A stretch of DNA of 64,000 nucleotides from Balanoglossus misakiensis. Taxonomy: Eukaryota > Animalia > Hemichordata. Shown one piece after another: positions 1 through 13,600 of this stretch. Each line of letters starts with the position of its first letter. The stretch's first letter is position 1. Position numbers and translations under genes: made by a program. Below the pieces are notes generated by a model. It was given only the letters and a program-made list of their open reading frames with translations. It was not told the origin of the DNA and did no database searches. The stretch covers positions 7,385,573 through 7,449,572 of the forward strand of contig CM082594.2 of the NCBI GenBank assembly GCA_040954595.2, written 5' to 3'.

Positions 1-3000
1 CACTTCACATTTCAACTAGCAGTACCAATATGTTTTTGAGAAAAGAGAGTATTAATTTTAATGGAAATATGGTGGTTCAAACTGTGCCACAAATAAATTT
101 ATGAGAGATTATAGCCGTATATTACATTTGTCTGACTATGGCTGAATTTAGAAACAGTGGCAATACCATGTTTTTCAGTCTACCAAGGTATTAATACCCC
201 ATTTGTGCAACATCATTCTTCACATAACTTGTCACAAATGGATAAAGTCCCCCCTAAAATTGCATGTAATAGACCAACACAGAGGTACAATGTTTTATTG
301 TTCTTTTCATCAAATCGATTTTTCTAATCTTTAACAGAGTAAGACTACTATATACCTGTTTAGCATGCATAGTTTTACTTGCGTCACATGAGAACTTGAA
401 GGATGAAAGTCAAGTTCAAGAACTAAATACTCTTGGTATTTTGCTGATGGTAAACATCACTTTAGGTCAAGGGCTGTTAATTCATTAGCATGAGCAAGAA
501 TCTTGTTGACATCGAAAACAGAGGAACACTCCAGTCAATTTCACCAGACAAAAGTCAATTCAGACCAAAGCCACGCTATGATAGCTACGAAAAAAGCTCT
601 AAAAGTCAGAGAAATCCAAAAGGATTTTACAAATTAAGCAAGGATATCTTACGTGCAAATAGCGCCCCCATGCTCCTTTATAGTGTATGCAGTCACTGTG
701 AAGGACAAGGTTGATTCTGTTTCCCTTGGATTTCTCAGAAAACATTCAGATAATAGCCAAAATTACAGGATACAACACAATACCCTAACCTTTGTGAAAT
801 AACTGACCCCGTAATATGACAAATAATAGCCCACTGTTTCTTTACACTGTGAAAGTAAAATTACCACCAAAGTGGGATCTGACACATTAAAGGCTTCAGT
901 GCTACCTGAAGCCCATATGTACACCATGTATCTAATTACCAGAGTTATTGGCATTATTGCTGGGTAATTGTTTATCATTGCTATTATTAGACATAAATTA
1001 CATCTGGTTTCCAGAGGTTATCAATACAATATTGATTGCAGCTTTGCGCTTCCGTTGGTACATGAAGCATAATTAGCCAAGACAATAAACAAAATTTTCA
1101 TTGTTTCTCAATAAAAAAATTAGCTTCAATACAACGTTCTCCTACAATGGCAGTTTTAACAAGTAAACCACTGCAAATCGTTCCTTCATAATATCGATCA
1201 CAGAGTAGGTGACAATACCTGAATTATCTTGTGTGCCAGCGATGGTTTCTAGCCGTTCTTAACAGTTTCCAGCAACATTCCGGCTACAAAGCCTTTGCCA
1301 TGAGAATCACAGCGAAACCGAACACAGCTGGAGTGACCTCTGGCGTCCTTGTCTGTTGCCAATTTCCATTTCACTCAAAGTGCTCGACGGGTTCAATTCA
1401 GACATGTAGGCACAATTCAACAGTAAACAACCACCCCAGGCTGATCTGAAACTCACGACATTCAGACTTTATGCAAATAAAACCCAAATCTTGCTAAATA
1501 GGGACGCATCCGTTTAACCCAACCCCAAAAGCCTTCATCAAATTAATTCAAAGGTTAGCCTCAAGGATGTGGTTTACCGAAACTGTCTTCAGATTACTAA
1601 AATCACGACTAGTGTGCACTGTTTTATCGCCAATCTCAGTGAAGCATACATATGGAGGCAGCCATCTTGGAAAAAAAACATGTCCAATAGTGACAGCCAC
1701 AGTAGACAACTAACACCTGGACAACTCGCATTTTCTCAGTGATTTCATGACTGAAGAATTACAGCTATTTATGGTATGGTTAATTTTATTATTTCATTCC
1801 AGGTTATCGCGGCGGAAATTCAATCCAGAACAGAAGATCGTTCCATCTTATCAGTGGAGAAATTCAATCCGAAATAAAACATGTTGCATTGTGCTGTGTA
1901 TGCTAACACATTCTGGTGGTGATGGATTCCAAACAATACACAAATGGGCCGTACTTCACTGTACAAGAAAGTACTTTGTAAAAAGAATGGAGAAAAGTAA
2001 AGATGTGGACATTTCACTCAGTCAAATCCTTTCTTAGAGACGGATTTTCTTGAAGAAAGCCATCCATCCTCATTTGCATGTTGAGAGATTTCATCTCAAA
2101 GAGTAGAAAACGGGGCAGCCTGACCAAACTGAAGCAAATAGGTTAACAGATTGCTTTTCCTTGGGAAAGGGCAAAGGTTGAAACGCTATATGTCTCGTCG
2201 CCAAGTGTAAGCCGATGACCTGTCAGGGAACTGGCCGGGCACAGATATACAAGGGGTGAATGAGCTGAAGTGACTGCAAACAAACCTCCCTGGGGATGCA
2301 GAAATGACTGAGTCAATATCAAAGCCCTGTTAGCTGCAATTTTTGGCTTTTTTCTGTAGTTTTGTTTTGTGTAATAACTAATAACTGCTTGTTTGAATCC
2401 CTGAAATATCAAGTATTTATCTTGTCAACATAGCCAATGTGTGTACATTTCAGTATAGTCATGTTGGATGGGGCGCAATTGACAGTCTGGTGTGTGCAAA
2501 ATGCTCATGTCTGCAGTGAACACCATTACCAATGGTTTTGCCATCTGCTTTCCTTCAGGTGTTTACAGACCAGGCTGGAAGAAACCATTAGTTAGTAGGT
2601 GGTATTGGCCTTCCAATCTGGTCAGACTAACACAGCAGTTCTGTCTGCCCACAATGTAACAACCCCTCCCCCTCCCCGCAACCATCATCTCCATGTTTGA
2701 ATGAACATATAGTAAACAGCAATACTGATTTTTTTTAACCACAAAAGTCAAATATTCCTGATGAGAAAAATAATCCCATCGCATCAAAAGCTTCTAATAA
2801 CATGCCTGAAACCCCATATGTTCAAAACCATCACACCGACATAACCATTCCCCCAATCCCATCCTCGACTCAGTCGCAAAGTGCACCCCAAGGGTAGTAC
2901 CCCTCCTTTTGTGTCACATCACCGATGAATAACATTCACTGCTAATTCCTTCTTTCTTGCCCGCCTGTCTCAGTCTGGTGATTTTGAAAAGCTCTTCCAA

Positions 3001-3430
3001 ATAGAAAAAGAACCTTGACCTACTTCCAAGTCCAGGTCAGTCAGCGGAGCCAAACAAGTTGATGTCGATGAGACAGTTAACACGCTCCTAGACGCCGATG
3101 TAGATGGCTTGAACAGGTGGCAGACAGCTATCAATATCTCCCCTTCAAAAATACCCATCAGGCAAGAACTCTATACTGACATGCGCAAACATTCGTACAG
3201 TTCAAATGTGAACATCGACTACTCAGCCTAGCCGTGTAGGAGGCACAGCTCTGCCACATTCTCGAAGCAATATAGCAGTTGCCATGGCAATCAGAGAGCA
3301 AGTTACACATGGAAAAACTGCACCACCAGGAAACTAGGGAAGTGTTGTCTCACTGTATCGATTTTTGAGACGTTACCTGGAGTCAGTCGGTGAACATTAT
3401 AATCAGAGTACAGTCATGCCTGGGTGACAA

Positions 3431-3574
3431 AAGTCAGAAGTGGCCAATCAGAGTGAGACTCGAGTCAGAACTGGCCAATCAGAGTGAGTCTCAAGTCAGA
3501 AGTGGCCAATCAGAGTGAGTCTCAAGTCAGAAGTGGCCAATCAGAGTGAGTCTCAAGTCAGAAGTGGCCAATCA
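3431..3574 (+). repeat. 31-bp minisatellite, about 4.6 copies, unit AAGTCAGAAGTGGCCAATCAGAGTGAGTCTC
   Basis: Units start at 3431, 3462, 3493, 3524 and 3555, with only a few substitutions; each contains GGCCAATCA. Confidence 0.95.
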
Positions 3575-6500
3575 AATCAGATCATCAAGTTTCACCACAA
3601 TGTTTATGTACACACCACATGTCCATGCAACGACAATGGGTGTTCCCCCACATTCACTGATCAGCATGTGAATGCACAGACTACTTGACAAGGCATCAGT
3701 CAAAGAGACTGACGGCAAAGTTGCATAAGTTCTCTTGACATCACACACAATGATTCGGTTTGTGAGGTCGCCTGGGGTCACGGAAGACAGCTGGCGAAAG
3801 TAGCCCAAAGTGACCCTTCACCAACGCTGGGGCCACTATCGGTGTCGACTGCCCCCTGGTCACCAAAGACAGCTGCAAATTGTGACCGTCCTCCAGTTCA
3901 GTTTGTTCCAAGCAAGATTATTTATTTATAGCGGTCAGCCTTGTACAACAGCCAGTACTGAACAAAACAGACACAAAAAGACACATCCCCTCACCCCCCC
4001 CCCAAGCAAAAACCCTCATGAAGCTTTTTATCTCGTAGTTTATCCCCCATCTCCAATATAAGGGCAATTACCAGCAACCCAGTCATCTTGGGAAAGAATC
4101 AGTTCACCCCTGACCTTTCAAGGTCGGTACCACTGGTATGTGTAAGCGCATAATGAGCACACATGACACCACACCACCATTTCAGCCGGTAAACGTGACA
4201 CATTCTCTGACCGACCCCACGGCCAGCTACTTCTGACACTCAATCTCTGACCTGCAATCGTAAACCACTGTAAATTGTCCTGTCGAATTCAGGTATCGCA
4301 GAGGAAACGTCCTTCACATTCAAGTCGTACTATTCACAGTTTATAATGAAACCCATGCACAGCGCACAGAAACACCAACAACTCTGGGCCCCCATCAAAC
4401 ATCCAACACAAAAAAACAACCAAGCCTGGCTATATTTAGCATCAGATTTCACTTCCAGAATTTCTCTCATCCTGGGAATAATGCTGGTACACACTAGCTA
4501 CTTCTAATATGAAGCTAATCAAATGGAAACTTCACAAACTTCCTCAGAAGCCGATCAAAGCTTTCGGCTGTATTTTCGTTTCATTATTCACCACATTTTG
4601 GTTCAGCTCTCTGAAAAAGCTGGTCTGCATGTGTTTTAAGTCAGCATTGTGTACTGCTGGTCATCTATGCTAATGTACATAAGCTATGTTGACAAACACA
4701 ATGTCGGCCATTTTCCCTCATTACAGATCAAATGTAACGATTACCGGTACTTGAAGAAGAAATGTATAATTCAATATTACGCATACTGGAAATAGAAAAG
4801 CTAAATTGGCTTGATAGTGCTCCTGTGTTTGCTTGCTTTAAAAATAATTACATGTTCTTCTTTGTAATTAGGATTTAATATTTTTTTACATTCAATCAAA
4901 CCGCTTAATTGGGTCATCATTTCTAGCCATTTGATACTGAAAAAAAACCCACTGGCAGGTTCAATATTGGCTGATTAAGTTTCTGGCATGAATTAACTGG
5001 TTTTATCCTTCACTAAACCTCTGAAATCCACCCATAAGTTACAGTTCAAATCTACATTACCTAAATGACCTTGTCACAAAAGATCAAGGTCAACCTCTGG
5101 CAAATGTGTTTGTTTTCGTGTTTCGGGTGGCAAGTTAAACACACTGCAAGGTCACACGACAACCCTGCCAAGACACTTTCAATTCTAAAAATCTCAGTTG
5201 TCATTTTCGAATTCCGGTTTCGGAAACTGCGCGTGACGAAGCGAACACCGACACTGATATATGCGTTGAACCTCCCGGCATTTCCATCAACGGCTGTATC
5301 TGCCAACGTTTACATGCGTCTCCAGCACGCCATAGCATTCCACTGGAAGTCCTTGTGGTGACAGTGCACTCTCCTAATTACCATAAACCAGTCAAGGTCA
5401 AGGTCGTGACCTCGTGATTAACTACATAACGTATATCACGCTAAATGAGTTTGTTACTTGAAATGCTTCATGACGTTAGATTTTTCATCCTGAAATATTT
5501 TTCATGCGTGTGTGGGCGGTATCTAGCAGCTACGTACGGCGGATCAAATCTGCCAAGGCTACCGCACTTTTCTTTAGGCTCACACGTCTTAAACCAACAA
5601 AGCATTTTATTTCATCTCCCTTCTTTTAATACCAGAAAATCTGAACCACTGTTGTTGCCTGCTTGACATGCCGACACAATTCTGGACTAAAATGGATCAC
5701 AATTTTCCAACAGCGGTCATCACAAATCTACACAAAAACCTTTTGTAATCAAAATGTACACTGTAGTAAACAAGCTCTGAGCAGAATTTAGGAGTGTACA
5801 TGTATTTGGAACAAAAACTTAAATTAGCCATGTCACATGACCCACTGTCACACTGAATGACCGCTGTTCAGCGGGCGCAGGATCGACTTGTGTACCAACA
5901 TGGCGGAATTCAAATCTCTGCGAATTTTTTCCCTAGCTTACGCCACACATCCTCTGTTTTTCAGGGGGGGGGGGGTGCTCAAAAGAATGCCAGTAAAACC
6001 ACCAATTTCATTACTTCCTCACAACACCACAGGAAACAGAGACACACAGATACATGCCAATAACACAGGTCACACAACCGAACAACAACGAATTGTTTCA
6101 CAGACCCGTAAAATCAAAACAGCCATGTTTTCATTTCTCGCCAACGCACCAGTCTGGGAACAGCCGCCTGTGTCCCTCTGGTTTGTTTACATTTCAACTT
6201 GACCTCGCATGACCTTTGCTGAAAGAACAGACTAAGGGTGTTGGTCTGTTTCATTGTGTAGTCCTAAGCAACCTCTGAGATTTTCAACCAACGACAGAAC
6301 AAATACCGTGACTGTTTTCTAATTCATAGGAAAATTCTGCATTCAAAAATTGTGTACGACTGCTGGCGATTTTCTTTTTATCTTAATTTGACAGGAGGAA
6401 TTTGTGACTATGCTGTCTAATCAGTTATGAGTAAAATTCTGACAAGCGTCACAAGTATACACATCATTTGATATGTGCCTAACTACAACATAATAAATAC

Positions 6501-7570
6501 ATCTTATGTCAAAACTGACTATATCATACAATTTATTTTTTGTTTTCTAATAAAAACAACATTAGATACATGAATCAACCCACAGCTATGTGTATTGCCA
6601 CATGCCAACAGTGTTCATTTTGTTCCCAATCTCATTACAACACAAACGACACGGGGAAACCTTTTTGTTTGTAGATTTTGAAATTTCATTTTTTTTAAAT
6701 AATGCTGTTCTTGTGTGAAATCGGGTTACAATTTTCCAAACTGTCCGAGATCAAACGCTGCTCCAAAACTGCTACAAGAACATGTAAAATGTCTCCAATT
6801 GTGTCAGCAGCCTTGCTCTATTGAAACACTTTGCGTTGGGTACAAAATGCTCCAGGCACGCTTTGTGTTTTCTTTTCCACAATCCATTGGTGGTTTTTTT
6901 TCATGTTTTGCTGCCTTTTCACACGCCGGTGTTTACATTACTCCCACTACCACAAACCTTCCATTTTATGGAACAGAATACGCCCTGAATGGAACGAAAA
7001 CCCGCGACTGTACCGCGGTGACATCAATCCTAAAAAAAAAAAAAACTCGCACAGACAGTAATCTCACATTTCAAAAAAAAAATTTAAACATTACTCAATT
7101 TTTTATCTCTCCGACAAGCTCTTATTCTGCCCTGTTTCAACGATACACATAAAGCTTCTCAGATATCCAAAATGTGGCGATTCGCTACCGATGGAATGTA
7201 AAACCCACTGTTAGCGTCGGTAAGAAAAACACCAGATAGAAAAAGCAGTATCCATTGCACAGCAGAGGCTAAAGATGGCAGCCTGTCTCTCACCCGCTAC
7301 CTTGTTTTCATCCCAGCTGGCTCTGCTCGCTCGAATTCAGCACAGCAACGGGGTTCAGTCGCGCACAAACAACGCATGGAGGGAATACAAATAGCCGTAC
7401 CCGAAGAAGTCGGTGCGAAGTCGTCCATTAGGGGAGAGATGTGTGAGGGCACGCAGAGGGCATCTACGTCGGCTGTCACTGGGCCGTACACATCCTGTCT
7501 GCCGTGCGCTCGCTCAGACAACTGCAACTATGTAAGCGGGACACACAGCCGCGGCTGACCCGACACTCAC

Positions 7571-7626
7571 CTCTCTTGTCTAACCTTTACCCTGCCCCAT
7601 TGTAGACAAGAAACCAGGGCAAGCAT
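7571..7626 (-). CDS. Candidate alternative first coding exon of Smad2/3 (MLALVSCLQWGRVKVRQE-R, phase 2)
   Basis: ATG at 7626 and 56 nt open to a consensus AG|GTGAGT donor (7571/7570), the same phase as the true exon 1. Lies in a CpG-rich patch downstream of CRE/ETS motifs. No homology support. Confidence 0.25.
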
Positions 7627-10600
7627 ATCAAGCACATTTTTTTACCAAGCCGTCTGCCTGCATTACTCATTTTTTTTTGACGACGTAGAATTTCTTCCCA
7701 CTTACCGAAAAAAAGTCGCGAGCGGCGCGCTCGTGCTTGGATGTTGGCAATGGATGAGAGAGAGAGTGCGCTACCCATCATACCTTGCGAGGCAGTTTCA
7801 AGGTAGACGCAAGGAAGTGACATCACAAAAAAATCGCCGTGACGTCATAAATAATTACCAATGACCCCACCTTGTCACATCATATCTACGAGGACTGATC
7901 GCCCACTTGTAACAACAACAATTTTTAACTTCTCTTGGTATCCAATACAGTCTCGATGAATAGCCGTTCCCTGCTCTCCCCTCAGATCTTTCACATTTCT
8001 GTATTTTGATGACATTTAAAAGAAACGGCGCAAGTTTCGATGCGAAGAAACCAAACCCACTCAAATATGACTATAAAAACATGCAAATAACCAGAACTGT
8101 AAATTTCCATAATTCTGAAAAAAAGAACTTCTTGTTTTGTTTATAAGATGCTATTTTTCTGTGAGACATACATGTACCACATCAAACATGCGAATATACA
8201 CAGTTATTGATACGTATAATAATCATGCATTTCTGAAAATCATTAGAGAATGGTTTGGAAATATATCTGAGGTGCCGTTAACATGGATCTTCAGTACCAT
8301 GGAAGTACTTGCAGGAAACCCATGGAGTTGCCATAGAAACATCATATTTTTTTACAAACCTGGGGGTGGGTGAACAGACTGGGAAATCAAAACAACGACG
8401 GCGGCTCACATCACCGATCCGTTCTGCAGTCCTGAGCACACACATAGACAAGGAGAGAGCACAGACTTGGCCCGCACATACCGCGACTAGCTTTCTGTAC
8501 ACAGTCCCACTTCTGGCATGGTATGAGAACTGGCTCGCGACCCCTGACCTCGGCGAGCCTGCCAATCAGCGACCCTCAACCGGATCATGAGTCAATGCTC
8601 CTTTATGATTGGAATGGAATTGATTAGCCGAGCCTGGCCACAATAGATAGGGGGCACTGTACGCCAGCCAGTCACCGCGACACGGTCATCAACTGCTCTG
8701 CCCCAGCAAAAACAATCTGCGACTGACTGGTGAAGCTATCACATGTATATATATGTAATTTCATACATGTCTGAGTTTGCCATCGAAACCAGGGTGTGCG
8801 CTAGTCTACTTCTTAGTCTAGGATTTCCCAGTCTGAATATATTATTAATGCCAACAAATGTCAACCATAAACGCTACAAGGAAAACAAGCGCTGGACAAA
8901 AAACAATCATTCATATAACATGTCGCACAGACTATCCCTTAAGGATATCTATGTTTCCATGACCTGCCGATATTTAAGGGGTGCTGCACTTTTCATGGCA
9001 ATAATCCGATACTGTACAACAAATATTTTGTTTGCTGGTATTAAATGTACTTACAAGAGAATTAACACCAATTGTACAGTATTGAAGAACAAGAGTATGT
9101 ATACACATAGATAAAATATTTTTCTTTCCACGTAATCTCCTATTTCGAAAAAAAGATGTTAATTTTTAGAAAGCAACATCAACCCTCCGAGCTAAAAATT
9201 CTTAGTGATGATATGATACCAGAAATGAGGTTAATTAACTCAAAACTGGAAATTGGATACAAGCTAAAAACTTTACTTCCAGAATTGTATCACTAAAAAG
9301 AAATATTCACTTAAAACCATGTCTAGTTTCCAGTTTGGGGTGAAAAAAAAGCACATCAGAGTTAAGTAGGTAAATTGCAGCATCATATTAAGAGAGCATT
9401 TGACATTCAGATCTGCTCCAATGTCATCCAGTGCAGTGAAGTGTCAACTTACATTCTGTTGAATTTCTGTCGAAGGGTAAAAAAGGGGAGGTGTGAAGGG
9501 GTGGTGATGGTCTGGAGGTGTGTGGGTGGGGATACTTTTACAGGGGGTGTGGGGATACTCTGACAGGGGAGTGTGTGGTTGGAGGTTCTCTGACTGTGAG
9601 GTATGGGGTGGGGGAGTACCATAACACTGTCTGATATACAGTGTCATGCATGGTCACATACAGTACAATGTCCCTTGTGTGACACTGCTTTCTACAGCTT
9701 GCACTTTTTATATTTCACTTGTATTGTGCAAAACAAAGGTCGCAGTCACCTGCAGAGACACCCTGCATTGATAGCGAACTTAAAATCCAGCACCTGAATG
9801 ATGCAAGGCACATTATGTAAATTGATCTTGCCTACTCCAATGGGGCTAATCTGCAAGAGTGAGATATCCAGGGCTAAGGCTTTGGCAAAGCTGGTGAGCT
9901 TGAAACATTAAAATTTCATGAACGCTCCCCCGTCAAAGCTTGTGGGTGACAGTATAAACCCGCCCCATCTCATCAACAACCTGGCTGCCCTGTGGCGCAT
10001 ATTATTTAAAGTGTATCACTGCCCAGGTTGTTTGTCCTCCAAACTGTGTTACTACACTGTCTCCTGCAACTAGTTCAAAACAACAGTCATCCAGCCTTTC
10101 TGTTGAGGGCAGTAACCCAGCAAATGTTACCAGGGTTGCATAGTGATCAGGGCTCCCCAAAATGCAGTCATATCACCATTATCAGTGAGTATACATGTGT
10201 GAGTAAACATGTAGCAGAAGCACAGGGGTTCTCAAATCACTGGCCAACAGAGCCCAAACTTCAGGAAAAGACAACTGACCGCTCATCAGAAATTCACACC
10301 TGACCACAAACAACACAACAGACTTTCTCCCATACAGATCTGAGTGCAGCAAAGTTCAAAGTCACTTCTTTCATCATACCACTCAGTGTTCTCAGTGTTT
10401 ACTTTTTGTTTGTTTTTTTACCTTCAAACGCTCCATCTTCCAGACAGAGTACGCCTTATCTGACCCCCCCCCCACCCCCACATACCTTGTGTCAGCAGCT
10501 TTTTTACATGCACTAATTAAAAGCAAATTGGTCACCCCACCCCCCATGCTGAAGAACCTGACCAGCCCCGAACTTGGTCAACAGTATGTATACTTTGAAC

Positions 10601-13600
10601 ACCATCTTGAACTTTAACCTAGACACCAGTGCAGTACAGACTGACTCACCATCCCCTGGTTCCTGGAAATCAATTACACAATGTCTGCAGATAATGCCAT
10701 GAGACGCCATTATGCCATTCACGAACACAAATTCAAACCCAACCAGTTACATGTATTTTTATGTCTTAAAATCAGGGGTCTTTTTGAAATCCTATCCTCT
10801 AGAACGGAGTGTCTGAAAACCTGACTCATATGATAATCACATGACTGGTGGATGAAGACATTGTTGATGGAATCTGTCTGGCATTTATTGTTAGCATTAT
10901 CTAGAACATTCAACCACAAACCAAAAACTGCAGAAGATTTCACAGTGCACAATCACACACAAGGAATTGTTTCTTCGGAAGTTCTCAGATCTCCACAAGA
11001 AGGCTGAACAGAAGTAGTTTTGAAATCTGGACACGACGTAAACATAGAGAAGAGCAGACGATCAGACCTCAGCCACTGGATTCCCTTACAGGCAAAGTTA
11101 CAAGAACAAAAGCAAAGATCATGCATTTAGAGAACCACAACACCAGATATAGGTATTTGCGGGTTCAGAAAGCTCATTTAAACACAATCCATGGATCTGG
11201 ATTATCATCTTGTGTAAAACAACACTGCAAACTGGGCAGCGCGAAAGTCAAGTTTGGAGAGCAGCGATAAACAACACATTTTTTTAAAGAATGTAACTGG
11301 ATCTTTTTGTTGAAATGCTTTTGAAATGAAAGGGCTCGGGGGAAGTCTTGTAATGACGGAAACAAAAAAAAGGAGGAAAAAAGACCCTCAGTAATTCAAG
11401 AACTATACAACCCAATTTGATACACTTAAAGCAGTTTTTTAGTTTTTCCATCAAAAAAACAATTCCAATATTCCAATACCTCTGATGCACATGGATCATA
11501 ACTGCCATTCACAGATTTAGATTTTTTTAATAGTCGGACTGTTGTCGTCGTCTGCAAAGCTACTCTCGGTCACAACAGATGCCAAGGCAATACGCACGAC
11601 CGTGCCTTGACATCCGAATTTCTGCGACACACCGTTTTTCTTTTACCTGTTTGCATGCGTGCATGATACAGCGATTCAGCCATCCATAACACCACCTCGT
11701 GTTGTTTGTCCGCAATCCAGACCATGCTATCCCCAGCCTCCCACTGCCACAGTCCAGCCAGTCTGCCCAGCGTTACGTAACCACGTCAGCTATATTCATT
11801 TTCGACCGTCATTTACATATATGTAAATGAGACAGGTCAATGCCCTTCTCCGCTGGAGCGCAGGGGAGAATAAAACTTCGACAAACATAACAGGTAGTAA
11901 TTTTGTAACTGCTGTCTGGGAAACTGTTTAGTCTGGAGTGTTTTCATTAGCATATATTTTGTGAGAAAAAGAACATTCCAGAAATTGTTGCTTTTTAGTA
12001 ATCTCCAAGCCAGATTTACCCAATTGTGCAAAACCTGCAAATGACATTCAAAGTAAAATGCTGAGAAATGAGTAACATTGACTCCCAAGGAGATAAAATC
12101 TTGACACCCTACTTTATAGTCCCTATTCTTTCCTAGCAAGCACAAAATGGAGAGTTCAACTTCAAAGTTACTGTATAACCTGTATTACTGTATTACACAC
12201 GCACACGCACACATATATCGGTATAATATCTTAACTGTTGCATTGTTAAAAATTATAAAACCAACAGTGGATTATGAAGTGTCCTGATTAAGTTACTGAT
12301 AAACAGTAGAACATCACCTGAACAGTAGCATTGAAATCTGCTACCGAGAGACTTTAACAACAAGGCTCCTTGTTCTTCAGCTGTCAGAACACAATATCCA
12401 ACTGATTTTAATAGTCAAACAACCTTGCTAGTCAGCTGTTTTCTGTTGCACAATCAATGAAGCCATAAAAACCCGGACATGTCACTTGAACTTTGTGACA
12501 CGGGCCAAAAGTCAATGACCGTATGGACAATATGCATTTCTGACCTATCTTTTTAGTAATCTTTGTGTATGCTTCCTATCAGTACCAATATCCGGCACCT
12601 GATTTCACTGATTTTCATCGTTTCTACCCATGTCAGTTTTTTTTATTTCAAACAATTGATTGTAGTACAAAATTTAAAAGCTTTTTTCAAACAAATTCAC
12701 ACACATTAATATTCATCAAGGACGGATATCTTGGAATATATGAATATTTTATATCACAATGTAATAAAAACAATCAGTGGCCAACAGACAAGTCCACTAT
12801 TCAATGGAATCAATGACAAATTACTGAACATTTTTTCGTGAAGTGGATAATTATCATGTGCATCTAGTAGACAGTTAGATAAACAGTTGCTTTAAGTGTT
12901 TTGTCGAATGACTGCAGGCTGGTTATTGTGTGCATTTCTCAAATGGCCCTCCAATGACCACTTACAATCATGAATGCAATTTGTGTTACGTTGGACTGTC
13001 GGTGCGCCACCAACGGTGAGTTTGAGAAAACGATGACATCATAGGTGCTCTATTTCAAGATGGCCGCCAGCAGTTCCCTGAATCTCAAGAAGTTCCCTGA
13101 ATCTAATGAAAGTTATCATGGACTACATTTTCAAACATGTAAGTGATCAATCTTACATTATATTATTTCAGTGATGGGCTACACATGAAAACCATGTTCT
13201 TATTTAAATCTTATTTAACTTTTGGAGTGATAACATCCCGCGAATTCATAATGTGTTTGAGCACTGATTCATTTGCATGTCATTGGACAGTGGCACCAAT
13301 TTCTAGGCATGCCCATTGGATTGGATTGCCTGCCAGGCTACATGGCATCTGTCACAAAGGAACATAACTTTACCAGGTGTACAGACTGTTCACATTCCAC
13401 CTGATTGGCTCACCAATACCCACTCCCAGTCTTTTCTTACTTTTAACCCTTTCACCACTATGGTCCAGTCCAACTCCATTGTTTTGTATGGCCATCTGCT
13501 GAGCCAATCTGGAAACCTTTTGCATGCAGATGACAGCTCTGCTCATGTTTATCAATGCAGACAATACTACATAATTAATCGGTCATGTTATGATTTAGGG

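Noticed and set aside
3431-3574. CRISPR-like array
   Set aside because: Head-to-tail identical units with no unique spacers, in an animal intron.
11647-11700. Another possible alternative Smad2/3 first exon (CAG|GTAAAA donor)
   Set aside because: The ATG-initiated open frame ends in phase 1 and the phase-2 frame has a stop, so it is not compatible with exon 2 as a coding exon.
13072-13104. AGTTCCCTGAATCT duplicated at 19-bp spacing
   Set aside because: Simple short tandem duplication with no further structure.
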